34,623 bases of DNA from Andalucia godoyi And28 (GCA_009859145.1 VRVR01000035.1:203084-237706), one strand, 5' to 3'; numbered from the stretch's first letter, positions 17,729 through 29,780 are shown. The notes: a model not told the origin generated them from the sequence alone. Program-made: numbers and translations.

Positions 17729-18270
17729 AAAAAGGAAAGAAAAAAACAACAACAACTGACAATACCAAAGAATATCACAAAACGTCAGAATCGATAGTGT
17801 AAACAAGAAAACAAATACAAAACACAAAATATAAAATACAACACAATTAAAACAATGATAATATAAAAAACTTTAAATAAACTTCAAATACTACCTTCAA
17901 ACGCATACCTCTTCAAACACTTGGGCTCGCATGCTTCGACTCGGACCAATTTTTTGAATGCCTTTGAGTAGGACATCTGTGGGGGGTGTCTTAGCATCAA
18001 TACAGAAACCTTTGAGAGAAGGCTTTTCCAGCTGCTGCTAGCCTGCGAGAAAATACCCTATCGTACCCAAATTCCTGTAGACGTTGCAAACCCTGTCCGT
18101 TTTGGACCATTCGTCCCACCTATGTCCCGAGTCCGCCTCTTTCTTCGAGGCTGTTTTCGGTGTTCACGTCCCTTTTCAAATTGTAAATCGCAAACTATTA
18201 AGAAAGAGAACTGCAGAAGGAGGGGGAAAACAGCCCAGAAATAGTCTCGCACAACAAAGCAAAAAGAGAA

Positions 18271-21200
18271 ATGGAATTGAATTTCCCATCTGAACCGCCT
18301 CGAGATGAGTTTGATGAGAATGATGATGCAGTGGATCCGACGATGTCGAATACTGCTGTCAATTCTACCAGTTCTGCCAATGCTGCCGCGAATGCACAAT
18401 CATCCAATCCTTTTCTTGTCTTGTCGAGCACAAACCAAGAGTATGGAGCAGGCTCGCCTTCCTCAAGATCAGACCCAAATGCCGCGTATCCAGCTGACGT
18501 CGAATCGGAGCCAAATACGAATGCGACTACTAATAATCACAGTAATAGTAGCAGTAACAGTAGCAGTAATAGTGCTGCTGCAGCAGCAGGTGGTGGTGGT
18601 GGTGGTGGTAGTAGTAGTTCCCCGTCCTCGAATCGCGTATCTTCCCGATGGAAGCGAATTCAGGAGCATGTTTCGATCCGCAATGAAAGCTTTGGGGGTT
18701 CTGAAGCTGGACTGCACAGTTTCATGGCAGTCGTGGATTCAACCAAAGAAAGCGCTGCGTTGCAAAAGTCAATGTCCAAGTTCATGGGGAAGCTGACTTC
18801 TTCTGCAGATCAAGACTTCTTCAACACCTTCCAGGAAATCGTGGCGCGCATCGTGAAGTATCCCAACGTGAAACGCATTCCATATTTTGCAGAGATCTGC
18901 CGAGTGTCCACGGAGAGGATGCTAAAAAGAGAGCCTCGCCCGTTGGAATGCAACGCAATTTGCGGATTTCTGGAGATGCTATTTGACACGAGATCCTTGC
19001 TGCTTGGAGAGTTGTTTAACCACGAGTATGCTCCGTGGTTGCTCAACATCGTCCTTTGTGGAATTCTTTCGTTTTCTGCAACAGCACCGGCTTCGCAATC
19101 GCCGGCAGTCTCGTCTCCGGCGGTAGTTTCGTCTCCGCTCTCGTCGTCCAGCCGGACATCGTCTGGAGTGTTTCCCAGGACTCCAACTGGGGGAAATGCA
19201 GCATCGTCCTCGGATACGCTGCTGCGGAGGCTCATGAATATGTTGCGATACTACACGGACAATGCAGATTCTGCTTGGCATGCACGATACATGGTTCCCG
19301 CACTTGTATTAGCAATCTGCAATTCAATGCACACGTCTGTTCGGTCTGAATTGCAGGCAATGCTAAACAAGATGGACTTGAGCTTGCAGATTCCTGCGAT
19401 GGCCGCATCGCTGGAAGTTGCGAGTGCAGAGGAGAAACGATTGGTGCTGAGGTACTTTCGAGTGTTGTTTGAAAAGCATGTGGACAACCCAAACTCCAAC
19501 GCCGTCTCGGTGATTCTCAACTTTACATCCCTGTTTGCGTTTCTTGCCAAGAGCGTCAACGTTGTATGGGCAGAGGTTGTCACATTTTTGGTGTCGTACA
19601 TTCGACCCGAGATGATCACTGAAAAGAATGCCGTGATGCAGTTGTCACATTTTCTCATGGATCTTGTGAAGAAGTTGCGATCAGATGCAGCTGTACTGGC
19701 TAACTCTACGCTGGTGATGAACGGCTCGGATGAAAATGCAGCAGCAGCATTGTCTCGTGTTCTGTCCTATCTCGCGATGGTGTGTCAAGTTCACCAGACT
19801 GCGTTTTGCGAAGAACTCAATCTGTTGATCGAAACTGAAGACATCCTTTCTACCGTGGTCCTCTACGAGATCCTGTGCTCTGAGACTGCGATTGCGCAGC
19901 GTGTAATTGAGAAGACATTTCCGTCTCTTTTGAAGAGACTTATGGCATGTTCCGTTTCCCTTGTTCCGTTGCAGTCCGAACTGCAGCAGATTATGCGGAC
20001 TTGTCAAATGCTGTTTGCCCCATTGTTCTACTCGACGCACATCAAACTCTTGCAATGCTCTTCGCGGACACTTCCACAGTTTGATGAATCTGTGAGGTGT
20101 GTTGAGTTTTATGGCAAGTGGTCCCAGGTGTATCGCGTTTTCCCATGCGACTTGATAGAGGCTGCTTTACGAATGAGCGATTCGGATGGAACGGACAGGT
20201 TTTTTGAGCTCTTTGTCCAGCATTTGTTTGTCGACGACGTAGCCTCGCAGTTGGACAATTCAAAGGATTTCGACGAGTACGTGGTGGAGGCAATTGCAGT
20301 CATGTCGGCATATTTGAAGGATAAGATGCTGAAGAAGGAAGAAATCCCAGTCAAGAAGAGAAAGCCGCTCTGCACGACTCTCAGGAGACTGTACGAGCTG
20401 GGGCGTCCAAAGCACAGGCCACAGTGGATACCGATTGTCGCATCACTCTCTGTGAAGGATGATGCGCTGCAGGGATACACAGAAGATCTCCGAGACAGCT
20501 CGTATTTGCTCGTTGCAGCTGCAGCGCCGATCATGGCTCGAGATTACGTGGAGCCTTTCATGTCGTATGCATTTGAGCGGCTGGATAAGCCCCATTTGGC
20601 TGCGGCGTCGGCCTCCATTCTCTGCTTATGTGGCTTCTATTTTCCTGCGAAAGTCAGAGAGTATATTTTATCGCAGATGTATTCTGCAGACCAGAAAACT
20701 CGACTTGTGGCTCTGGAGCGCCTCCAGATCCTTTGGACGTATCGCTTCAAAATGATGGAAACCTATCTTCGCGCTTGCCGGGAAGGTCCATCGAAGGCCG
20801 ATGCTGACGAAGATTCCATCGTCCTCGCGCCGCTTCCTGAGGACACGTTGCTCCAGTTCGCATATCCAGTGACGCAGCTTGGTGTCATGCGCGAGTCGGA
20901 TTCGAAGGTGCTCTCCTCTGTGCTTCTCCAAAAGTTCGATTATGTCCCTGCCTCTGCGTTTGTCAAGGGAAACGTTTCGCTTGAAAGGATAGTGCAGTTG
21001 GGGTCCACACCAGCGTCGCCGGGAGGCGCAGCGTCACCGGGAAGTCCTGCAGGCTCGACATCTGCGACATCGAGTGGAGACCAGAACCTGCTTGCAGCCG
21101 CAGTAGAACCTGAAGAGGAGGTGAAGCTTGCGCCGTCCGCGAATTCTGCGCGTGGGACTGGCTCGGCTTCGTCCGGCCTTCCGGGTCTTCCTGCGCTACG

Positions 21201-23766
21201 ATCGGCGTCTTTTCTCCGTGTGGTGACAAAGATGAAAAGTTCAGGCCAGAAGTTGCATGCAAGAGCAGTCGACCGCCGAGCGATTGCTTCCTTGGAGCCT
21301 CGCACACAGATTCCTCAAATATTCTGTGTGCTCACGTACGCCGTCTTTGACCTGCTGGAGGATGAAAGTGTAGCAGTCTCGATTGCGGCGCATGCGTACC
21401 TGTCGGCGGGTTTGGCAGAGGACCCCAGTTTGCTGCTGTCTCATGTGTTCAACAAGCTGGCAGACATCGACAATGTACCCGGCGACCAAGTTCTTGGGTT
21501 GTTACACCGTCTCCATTCTGGATTGCTAAGACTCACGACCGTTCCTCCAAACTGTGCGTACGCAGTTTGCAACATTCTTGTGTCATTAATGAACCACATA
21601 TCTTCCAATCGTTCCATGCTGGAGTTGCTTGCACCGTCGGTATTTTCTCTGTTGGGCGATATTACAGCCTCAGTTGACGGCCTTCCGGTGTCCCAGATGA
21701 TTGAGCAATCCCAGAAGTTTGTTCTGACGGGCGCTCTTTCGGTTGCAGACAACTCCGTCGGAGCGAATGCGACCACTGCCACCCCAGCCGGCGATAGTTT
21801 TACGCAGATCGCCACAGCGGAGAGAATTTTCTTTGCGCACCGAGCATTACGATCAACCATGTCTGGCATTGCAGACGCCGATGTTGCATCTGCTTTTGAT
21901 CGATCGGTTTCCACAACATTTTCGACGGTTGGAGCGTGTTTGGAGGACATTTGTGTGATGTGGATGATGTACTGCAGGAGGTTGATTGTCAGTTTGCCTG
22001 CAGAGTTTGTCAATATTGGCCCGTACGTCGAGTCCATGGCGTCCTTTTTGCAGCCGGATACTGCATCAGTGGTTAGTTTACGGCTTGCGATTGCGTTTAC
22101 TTCCGATGTTATTGCAAAGTACCCGAATGCCGTCACCGAACTGGAGCTGTTCAAGGTGATGGTACCGGCATTTGTGCGTCTCTACGAACACTTTGTCGTG
22201 GACGCGATCATCTCCTCCTCGATTCGTTGGTTGTTTTCTGCATGCGTGAGTGCATTTGGGGAAGATGTGTTCTTTGGTCAAGCCATCAGCGCGCTCTCAG
22301 ATACCTTTTTTACTCCTCGAGAGACCGATGGGTTGCTGAACCTTGAGCTGTCTCCGAAGACTTTGTATGACTTGTTCGTTGCTCTCCCCGTTGGGCCAGC
22401 AGATGCGGCACTTCCGCTACCCCTTGCAGGTGTCGACATGTTGGATGTCAAATCCGTGCTTGTGTACCAAACGTCCTTGCTGAGTGCGCAGTATTCGTTA
22501 GATCTGTTCATCAACTTTCTTTGTCGATACATTTCTGCATCGCTGGACGAATCCTCTCTGACCGGGAACAAGAGATCGCGACTGCAGATTTCCTCGGTGT
22601 TGCGTACTCTGGTTCCATACGCTCTTCGTACATATGGCCACATTCAGAGTGACGTCATTGGAGCGGTCATACAACAGTGCATCAGCGGAACGGCAGTTGA
22701 ACTCGCCACATGCGAGAACTTGTGCAAACTGTGCTTCGCTCTCGCCACCGAGTTTGTGGATGTTTTTAGCCAAATCGCGCCGTCCGTCCAGCTTCTGCTT
22801 GACCAGTACATCACCATTGCAGCCACGCGGGATGCCCAGGACGTTGCATGTTTGACGGATTTCCTTCTGAAAGGATTGCCGAACGTTTCTGATCCGGCGG
22901 TGCTGCAAGGAATTGCTTCCGCGATTTCCGGGTCGCTCGTTCGACTGTTGGCCAACAGCAATTCGTCAACTGCTGCCTTTGCCTGGAATTGCTTCCCACA
23001 GCTGTTGTCTTCTATTGGGCAAGCGATGAAGCAAAAAACGGTCCTGTGCGATCCGTTTGCTTCTGCCGCTGGAGATGCGCTGATTTTCACCTTGCTGCTT
23101 TCCCAAATTCCAGTCAAGGTTCGCCGGGAATTGTGGATGCTGACTGCTTTCTCGCTTCGAGGAGCAAAATCAAGCATTTTTTCGCGTTCTGAAACGCTGG
23201 CTCGCGTATTTCCGCTGCAGTCACCTGCTGAGGTTCGGCAGTCATTTTTGCAAGTCCTGATTCCGGTGGCGCTTCGACTCGGCGAAATGGGTTGTGTTTC
23301 CGAAGCAGTTTCGTTTCAGCAGTGGTCCATGTTCTGCATGTTGGCAGCGTATCCTCTGGCACAACGGGACCCTATTTGGTCAAGCATATTGCCCGAAAGC
23401 CTTTGTCTGTTGAAATGCGTTCTCATTTTCTGTCCGCAGTGCGTTCGAGAATATGCGACCCAGATCTTTTCTTCAGTGCGAAACATCCTCTACGACCTCC
23501 AGACCAATCCCTCTCTGAAGGTCCTGTTTCCCGCCTTCCTGGAGTTTCTCGAAGCGTGCATTTACTCGAGGTCTCATTTGTTCTTGGTGCTACAGCCGTT
23601 CATCTCGCAGATTCTGGCGAACGACGCGACTGGGATACCCGTTCGGACGGACAAAGTCAAAGACACCCTTGATCGCATCCGATTCCTTCTCCGTTCGTGG
23701 TCGTCCAAAACCGACTGGAACGTCCGTCTATCGGATGAGTATCGAATTCTCGTTTCGTCATCCTGA
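18271..23766 (+). CDS. UNC80: Large HEAT/ARM-repeat protein, UNC80-like C-terminal half
   Basis: 1831-aa intronless, all-helical Leu-rich ORF. Three collinear blocks resemble human UNC80 as I recall it: ASASILCLC..FPAKVREYILSQMY....RLVALERLQILWTYRFKM...QFAYPVTQLG; PQIFCVLTYAVFDLLEDESVAVSIAAHAYL...EDPSLLLSHVFNKL; FLEFLEACIYSRSHLFLVLQPFI. The symbol is tentative. Confidence 0.65.
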   Translation: MELNFPSEPPRDEFDENDDAVDPTMSNTAVNSTSSANAAANAQSSNPFLVLSSTNQEYGAGSPSSRSDPNAAYPADVESEPNTNATTNNHSNSSSNSSSNSAAAAAGGGGGGGSSSSPSSNRVSSRWKRIQEHVSIRNESFGGSEAGLHSFMAVVDSTKESAALQKSMSKFMGKLTSSADQDFFNTFQEIVARIVKYPNVKRIPYFAEICRVSTERMLKREPRPLECNAICGFLEMLFDTRSLLLGELFNHEYAPWLLNIVLCGILSFSATAPASQSPAVSSPAVVSSPLSSSSRTSSGVFPRTPTGGNAASSSDTLLRRLMNMLRYYTDNADSAWHARYMVPALVLAICNSMHTSVRSELQAMLNKMDLSLQIPAMAASLEVASAEEKRLVLRYFRVLFEKHVDNPNSNAVSVILNFTSLFAFLAKSVNVVWAEVVTFLVSYIRPEMITEKNAVMQLSHFLMDLVKKLRSDAAVLANSTLVMNGSDENAAAALSRVLSYLAMVCQVHQTAFCEELNLLIETEDILSTVVLYEILCSETAIAQRVIEKTFPSLLKRLMACSVSLVPLQSELQQIMRTCQMLFAPLFYSTHIKLLQCSSRTLPQFDESVRCVEFYGKWSQVYRVFPCDLIEAALRMSDSDGTDRFFELFVQHLFVDDVASQLDNSKDFDEYVVEAIAVMSAYLKDKMLKKEEIPVKKRKPLCTTLRRLYELGRPKHRPQWIPIVASLSVKDDALQGYTEDLRDSSYLLVAAAAPIMARDYVEPFMSYAFERLDKPHLAAASASILCLCGFYFPAKVREYILSQMYSADQKTRLVALERLQILWTYRFKMMETYLRACREGPSKADADEDSIVLAPLPEDTLLQFAYPVTQLGVMRESDSKVLSSVLLQKFDYVPASAFVKGNVSLERIVQLGSTPASPGGAASPGSPAGSTSATSSGDQNLLAAAVEPEEEVKLAPSANSARGTGSASSGLPGLPALRSASFLRVVTKMKSSGQKLHARAVDRRAIASLEPRTQIPQIFCVLTYAVFDLLEDESVAVSIAAHAYLSAGLAEDPSLLLSHVFNKLADIDNVPGDQVLGLLHRLHSGLLRLTTVPPNCAYAVCNILVSLMNHISSNRSMLELLAPSVFSLLGDITASVDGLPVSQMIEQSQKFVLTGALSVADNSVGANATTATPAGDSFTQIATAERIFFAHRALRSTMSGIADADVASAFDRSVSTTFSTVGACLEDICVMWMMYCRRLIVSLPAEFVNIGPYVESMASFLQPDTASVVSLRLAIAFTSDVIAKYPNAVTELELFKVMVPAFVRLYEHFVVDAIISSSIRWLFSACVSAFGEDVFFGQAISALSDTFFTPRETDGLLNLELSPKTLYDLFVALPVGPADAALPLPLAGVDMLDVKSVLVYQTSLLSAQYSLDLFINFLCRYISASLDESSLTGNKRSRLQISSVLRTLVPYALRTYGHIQSDVIGAVIQQCISGTAVELATCENLCKLCFALATEFVDVFSQIAPSVQLLLDQYITIAATRDAQDVACLTDFLLKGLPNVSDPAVLQGIASAISGSLVRLLANSNSSTAAFAWNCFPQLLSSIGQAMKQKTVLCDPFASAAGDALIFTLLLSQIPVKVRRELWMLTAFSLRGAKSSIFSRSETLARVFPLQSPAEVRQSFLQVLIPVALRLGEMGCVSEAVSFQQWSMFCMLAAYPLAQRDPIWSSILPESLCLLKCVLIFCPQCVREYATQIFSSVRNILYDLQTNPSLKVLFPAFLEFLEACIYSRSHLFLVLQPFISQILANDATGIPVRTDKVKDTLDRIRFLLRSWSSKTDWNVRLSDEYRILVSSS

Positions 23767-23975
23767 GAGACTGGCATTCATTCCTGGCCGAAAAGGAGCT
23801 GTCTTTCTTGTCTTTGTAGTAATAAAGAAAGCGAAACCATAAACAACAACATTCGCACGCATTCGAGCAGAAAGGATCACATTCCTTCTCCCCCCCCCCA
23901 CCATTTGCTCCTGCTTCCTTGCAGTTCTTTATTTTTGACGTCATCAGCAAAATACAAGGGAGGAGGGTTCGGTCA

Positions 23976-26900
23976 TCAATGCAAGTGTTCCATCTCTTCT
24001 ACTCGCTTCAGCACCTCATCAACAGTCATTTTTGATCCAAAGCACTTGTGCACAATTTCGGAAACCTTTTCTTTCGGCAAGTCAAGAAGCGTCTCCACAA
24101 GGTCTCCGTCAACGAAACCGGTTTGGGGAAGCTGCTTATGCATATGATGGTGGATGGACCGGAAGGTTTCATGGTCGAAGTGACCGATATGCGTGGCGGC
24201 CGAACGAATGGCATTCTGCAACTTTTCAAAAAAGCTGAACCATTCTGGACTCAATAAGAAAATGTTGAAAATTCCGCCCTGTTGCGATCCAGCAAGGATG
24301 GAGGCCTTCACGTTCCTTGTCACAGAATCATCCGCTTTCGCACTCGATTTTGACTCAACAGGCAGCGTGGATGACAGCTGCATGACCAACGAACCTTTCG
24401 TCATGCAGTTCACAAGCTCCCCAACGTGATAGTTGCCAGCAGGATTCAAACGCTTTCTATCCTCCTCAAGCGCCACGTCCACATTTCTCTTTGACAACAC
24501 CAGGTTAGCAAAGTGATCGCCGACAATGAATGTTTCATCATCCACAATGTCTCCGGACACCGTGTACACAGCTGCATAATGCCGGGACACTTCATCAAAC
24601 TTGTTCTCAACAGATCGATAGGCATACAGCGAGAAGCTCTTAATCATATCTCCCACGAGCACAAAATCACCGCGAGTACTGATGAGCGTGATGAAAACTT
24701 GGGTCTGCGACTGACATTCGATCTCCAGTTCGCGATTGACAGCAGACAATGCAGACGCAGATGCACTGCCGACAATTTCCTTCTTTGGAGCCCACTTCCA
24801 CAAAACAATTTTCGAGTTGACAGACGTCAGAAGTTTTCCATTGAAGGAACTTGCACAGTAGCAACAGCCCTTCACTTCTTTTTCAGCAGCCAAGATCAAT
24901 GCATTCTGAGAATCCACATAGAAGACCAAAATGCGGCCACGAGTCGGAACTTCTTCTGAGGGCAGCATGAATCCCGTTCCAACAACGTAGTACGTCTTCT
25001 GATCGTCGTCCTCTCCAGCAGCATTGGCTCCCGCAGAGGCATCCGATGACGCTGAATTAGAACCAGCAGCAGATCCTCCGCTCGCGGAGAACGTGCATGA
25101 AATGATCGAGCACGCCACTTCCCTCGGTTCCAGTTTGAAAACTGACAACAGCTCCATGGACGATTCTTCAAACATCCGCAAGTGCACTTCGACGCCTTCC
25201 GCGCCTCGATCATCAACATACGATCTTTCCGTGGCCACTAGCAGACTCCGCGACGCTTCTTGGTACGCAATCGCACGAGCCTGCTCCTTCAACGGAACGG
25301 TTTTCACGTGCAACTTCTGGATTTCATCCATGTTTCCAAGAATAAGAGATCCAGCTGCTTCAGCGATGGCCAAGACATCCAGTGATGGCAGTGCGCAAAC
25401 AGAAACAACAGGGCGCGAATTAACGTGTGAAAACGACAGTTTGTGATTGCGCATGTGAATGACTGCAGGCCTGTCAGAACACGCGAACACATGCCAAGCG
25501 CCATGTGAGTAGAACGGAACAAACTTCACGTCGTGCGATCCCAGAGAAACCTTTCTTCTGTCTGACAACTCGCATGTGCTAGGATCAAACTTGTACGAGA
25601 AGACAGAGCCATCACCCAGCGATGCTAAAAGATAATCTGCTCGAGCATCGAAGGTATCGGGCTGGAGAGAAGCAAGAATAACGGAATGGGACACCAGCCC
25701 TTCTTCCAGTCGTTCTGTCAGTACCACCGAGAGAGAAGGAAGGCGCAGAATACACACAGCCGCGCCCGTTGTCTGTCCAGATCCCGACTGGTCCCACAAA
25801 CTCAGTACGGCAAATTTGCTCGTGCTGTTCGTCAACGGATGAAGGGACACCGCTGCAATATCCTTTGTCATCTTTGTTTTTCCGATCTCCCTTAGAGATC
25901 CGCCGGCATCCACTTGGAACAGGAAAAGTTCGCCACCTGTCAAAGCGACCAGAACAAGATCACCGTAAGAGTCGGCATGCATGATGGTCGAAGGCGCATT
26001 CCACGAAGAGGCCAGTGCAAAGCCTTTGGTGTCCACCAAGCGTACTTGTTTGCTGGTAACCTGAACGCAGTGTGATCTCCCAAACGGTGCTTCCCGATCG
26101 GTTCCGTACAACGGAGGCTGCTGCGCCGGCGATGCGGCTGCAAGCGGCGTTCCAACATTTCCGCAATGACGAGTGTCCACATCCAAGTCAAAGCCAGCCA
26201 CGGTGCACTCCGCAAGAGTGTCATTCTCATTGATCTGCAAAACACGCGTCTGGCGGACAAACTGCAATACTAGGTAACGACCGCCGGCAAGTGCCCACAC
26301 GCCTTTCAGACCCGGAACATCGAGCATTGCCTGTTCCGCGATACCAATACCCGCGCGCACAATCCGCAGTGAGGAGTCCTTGCCGATTCCAGAGCACGTT
26401 ACCAAATGCCCGTGACCCTGATGCTCGGGATCCACGAGACACATGCTCGTAATCGGACCGATGTTCGCAAACGAATCAATGACGGTCAGGAACGGACCAG
26501 TCTCCGTAGCACTTGACGCAGCGGCACCAGAAATTGAGGGATGGGAAAGCTTGACGATTTGAGAGTCGCCCGCCGCAGACCCGACAAATACGACGCCGGA
26601 GTCAAGATACGCGAGGCACTGGGCCGCAGAGGTCTCGCCATACTTCTCTACAACCAAATCCGTAACATTCGACGCACCAGAAGCACGAAGAGTGAGAACG
26701 TACAACACGCCTCTGTCATCTGCCATGAGAAACCGTGCATTGCCAGCTTCCTGCTTGTTCGAGAATGACCCAGCTGTAGTGCTGTTGGAAACTGGAGCAA
26801 AGCAACGCATGAGAGACCCGGGTCGACCGATGGTTGTTGGCCGGATTCCCGTGTGAAACATCACAGATTGTTCTCCAACCACCACCACCCCACCAAACGG

Positions 26901-27718
26901 AGCCGGAACTGGAAACATCAAATGTGCACGAGGATCGACATTTTGCTGAACAAAGGATGCATCATGCAGCACTCTGTCCTTGACAATGACTTCGTACGTC
27001 TTGATATGTCTTCCGTTTCGTCCGTCATCATACAGCACCGCGAGCGTCGGGACAGCGCACATTCCCTTTGACGGTTCGTAAGTATACAAGAAGCACATGT
27101 CGACCACCATGTATTCTTCAACCCGAACGTTAAACGTTTCGCCGACGGTCCCAGTTCGCTTGTCAATAGCCAAAATCCGCACAAACCCTTGGTAAATCTG
27201 CAACGCAACCATTCTGCAATACGGGTCAACTGCGCAGAGATACCGATCATCATTTTCGTGTCCCTCGGAGTCTCCCGAATTTCCATACGCAAGGGTTTTG
27301 AACGCAATTCCGTTTGCCAATTTTGCCGAAGAAGAGCCAGCGCCATTATCCACCGTGATGATTGACCACCGAAGCTTATCTGTGAGTATGAAGAGACACT
27401 CCGCTTCCACAGCTTGCGCATTTAATGATTGCACTGGGAGTTTCAAGGACTGCAAAGCTTCCACACGGCCGTTCAGCGTAAGCTCCGTCACTGCAACAAG
27501 CCCATTCTCGCCCACGTCATAAAACTCCAACCGATTTGATTTCCTAACACAGCATTAGAATCTCTCCAATTTCAAAGCCCCGGAGGGACACACACCATGC
27601 AAAGAACAAAATGGAAAACATACGCGATAACAAGATTTCTCTTTTTAGGCCCAAGAAACGAGCCGGCCAAGCAGTGGGTTGCCGCAGTCGACTTTTGAGC
27701 CGACACAACATATGCCAT
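23976..27718 (-). CDS. DDB1: DNA damage-binding protein 1 (CUL4 adaptor), complement(join(23976..27543,27624..27718)), 1220 aa
   Basis: Reconstructed N-terminus MAYVVSAQKSTAATHCLAGSFLG...NLVIAKSNRLEFY matches the DDB1 start. Internal motifs: LYLDSGVVFVGSxxGDSQ, NIGPI, HLVTCSG.GKD.SLRIVR.GIGI, CSDRPAVI, DEIQKLHVKTVPL, VGDMIKSF, GFVDGDLVE. Exon lengths total 3663 nt, in frame. Confidence 0.95.
27544..27623 (-). other. Spliceosomal intron of DDB1 (80 nt, phase 2)
   Basis: On the minus strand: GTATGT donor, TTCTAAT branch motif about 10 nt before the TAG acceptor. Removal joins VIA to KSNRLEFY. Confidence 0.92.
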
Positions 27719-28153
27719 TTGCAGTACTCCACACAAGCGAATAAAAGGGGAGAGGGAGAGAGAGGGAAAGGACTAAACAAAAAGGAAACAGTCGGACAGA
27801 TATTAGAAATGAAGAGATCAACAAAAACCAAGAGAAATAAAAGAGGTGAGAAGATTTTAAGTTTAAAAACGTATGATAAAACATAGAAATAAAATAAAAA
27901 AAATATGGAGAGAAAACATGTTGAAAAGCAAGAACGACAGAGTTGAAGTCTCTGACCCAATGAATGACCAAAATGACAACTGTGTGGTGCCTTTTTGTCT
28001 TTCCCGCTCGATTTGAAGCTGTGCCTCAACCATTGCTCAAGTGGGGTGTTTTCCCCCCTTTTCGAATCTTTCAACGATTGTGCTGCTGCTGTTGTTGTTG
28101 TTTTTGCATTGCCAGAGCAGTTGGGGTGGTTCATATATGCATGCATAGAAGCG

Positions 28154-29572
28154 ATGGTGTATCAACTAGCACAATCTGTAGCGTCTGGATTCCGTGCAAT
28201 TCGTCTGCCGAACGCAGCTTCTCAAGTGCGTGTGCTGTCGAGTCCGACTGAATTTTACAACACATTGCTGGAGCGACTCGGATCGAGTCGTCGCCGCGTA
28301 ATCCTGGGGTCTCTGTACCTGGGAGACGCCTCTCCTCTTGAACAGCGACTATTACAGGGCATTCATGCGTCGCTAAGCAGCATACGGCAGCTGGAGGTCC
28401 GGTTGCTGCTCGACTGTTCGCGTTCGATGCGCGGGAACGCACATGTCCGCCAGTTTTGTCCGATCAAGTCCGAGCATGGGTCGCGGTTTCAGGTCCATCT
28501 TTTTACGGCTCCCCAAGCGTCTCGCTCGTTCGTTGGACTTGTTCCAGAGCGACTACGCGAAGTGTTTGGAGTGCAGCATGTCAAGTGCTATGTGTTTGAT
28601 GATGCCGTCATCATGTCGGGTGCCAATCTGTCGGACCAGTACTTTGAAAATCGCCAGGACCGCTACATCATGTTTGAAAACGTCCCGGAACTTGCTGATT
28701 GGTACCAAGATTTAGTATGTGTGCTGGCCGGGCACTCAAAGTCCCTGGATTCGCAAGGCCTTCTACATCGCGCCCCGGCTTCGCCCTCATCCTCGTCATC
28801 TGCGGCGCTCCGAGAAGATCTTTTGCATTTGCTGAAGCCGTCCGCACGCACCGAGCCGTCCAACATGCACTGTGATTCGTTTGTGGTCCCTACTCTGCAG
28901 CTCGGATCGCTCGGATTACGTACGGAAGAATTCATGCTTGACTCCATTCTTGCACGCATCAGCGCCAGTAGCAGCAGCGTGTCTGGATCCAAATCTGCGC
29001 AGAAGCCCCGTCAGTACCCGCGAATCGCAATGTCGACTGCGTACATGAACCTCACCCGGAGGATGCAAGACGGTCTGATCATGCAGTCCAGTCCATGCCC
29101 GTTGGAGGTGATCACGTCGTCGCCGGCAGCCAACGGGTTCTACACTGCGAAAGGCATGTCTGGGCATATTCCGTCTGCATACGCGTATCTGGAGCAGACC
29201 TTCATTGATCGAGCCAGACGATACGGGCAGGCATCGAGGATCAAAGTGATGGAGTACGCTCGTGACAACTGGACATTTCACGCAAAGGGGCTCTGGGCAT
29301 TTTCGAATCGGGACGACGGGAGCGCATGCGGGACAGCAGCACCCCCCGAGGCATTCACGTTTGTCGGCTCCAGCAATTATGGGATCCGATCCATGGACCG
29401 TGATCTCGAGTCTCAGTGTTTGCTAGCCACGCGCAATCCAACGGTGGTCAGTGCTCTTGAATCAGAGGTCCGGAATCTGGAGCGGTACTGTAATCCGCGC
29501 AGCAGCGATGCGAAAATCAAGGTTCCTTTTTGGGTGCCCTTTGCCACGGAGCGCATCAAACAGTTTTTTTAG
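28154..29572 (+). CDS. PGS1: CDP-diacylglycerol--glycerol-3-phosphate 3-phosphatidyltransferase (PLD superfamily)
   Basis: ATG 28154 (MVYQLAQ). VLSSPTEFY, SLYLG, LLDCSRSMRG, first HKD-like motif QHVKCYVFDDAVIMSGANLSDQYFENRQDRY, AANGFYTAKG.SGHIP.AY, second motif WTFHAKGLW...VGSSNYG.RS..RDLE. Confidence 0.92.
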   Translation: MVYQLAQSVASGFRAIRLPNAASQVRVLSSPTEFYNTLLERLGSSRRRVILGSLYLGDASPLEQRLLQGIHASLSSIRQLEVRLLLDCSRSMRGNAHVRQFCPIKSEHGSRFQVHLFTAPQASRSFVGLVPERLREVFGVQHVKCYVFDDAVIMSGANLSDQYFENRQDRYIMFENVPELADWYQDLVCVLAGHSKSLDSQGLLHRAPASPSSSSSAALREDLLHLLKPSARTEPSNMHCDSFVVPTLQLGSLGLRTEEFMLDSILARISASSSSVSGSKSAQKPRQYPRIAMSTAYMNLTRRMQDGLIMQSSPCPLEVITSSPAANGFYTAKGMSGHIPSAYAYLEQTFIDRARRYGQASRIKVMEYARDNWTFHAKGLWAFSNRDDGSACGTAAPPEAFTFVGSSNYGIRSMDRDLESQCLLATRNPTVVSALESEVRNLERYCNPRSSDAKIKVPFWVPFATERIKQFF

Positions 29573-29780
29573 ATTGAAAAAGAATTTTTCTTTTTGTTGA
29601 AAAAATGATAACAATAATAATTATTAAGAAATGCTGCTTCGCCGTGTCTTCTTCCTTCCTGCCTCCCCCAGCGATGCATGTAGCATGTCACACATATGGA
29701 GCCTCTGGTGTTTACACGACATTTCGAATCAGTGTTCAGATTTAATAAAATTCAAAAAAAAGAAGAGAATGATATTTTTT

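Noticed and set aside
18058-27522. Numerous 60-180 aa antisense or alternative-frame ORFs overlapping the UNC80-like gene and DDB1
   Set aside because: Shadow ORFs expected from the codon structure of long GC-balanced genes; none has a recognisable motif.
27995-28153. N-terminal extension of PGS1 given by the ORF track (TTG start, AAAVVVV)
   Set aside because: Non-ATG start, and the peptide derives from (TGC)n(TGT)n repeats in the leader. ATG 28154 precedes the conserved region.
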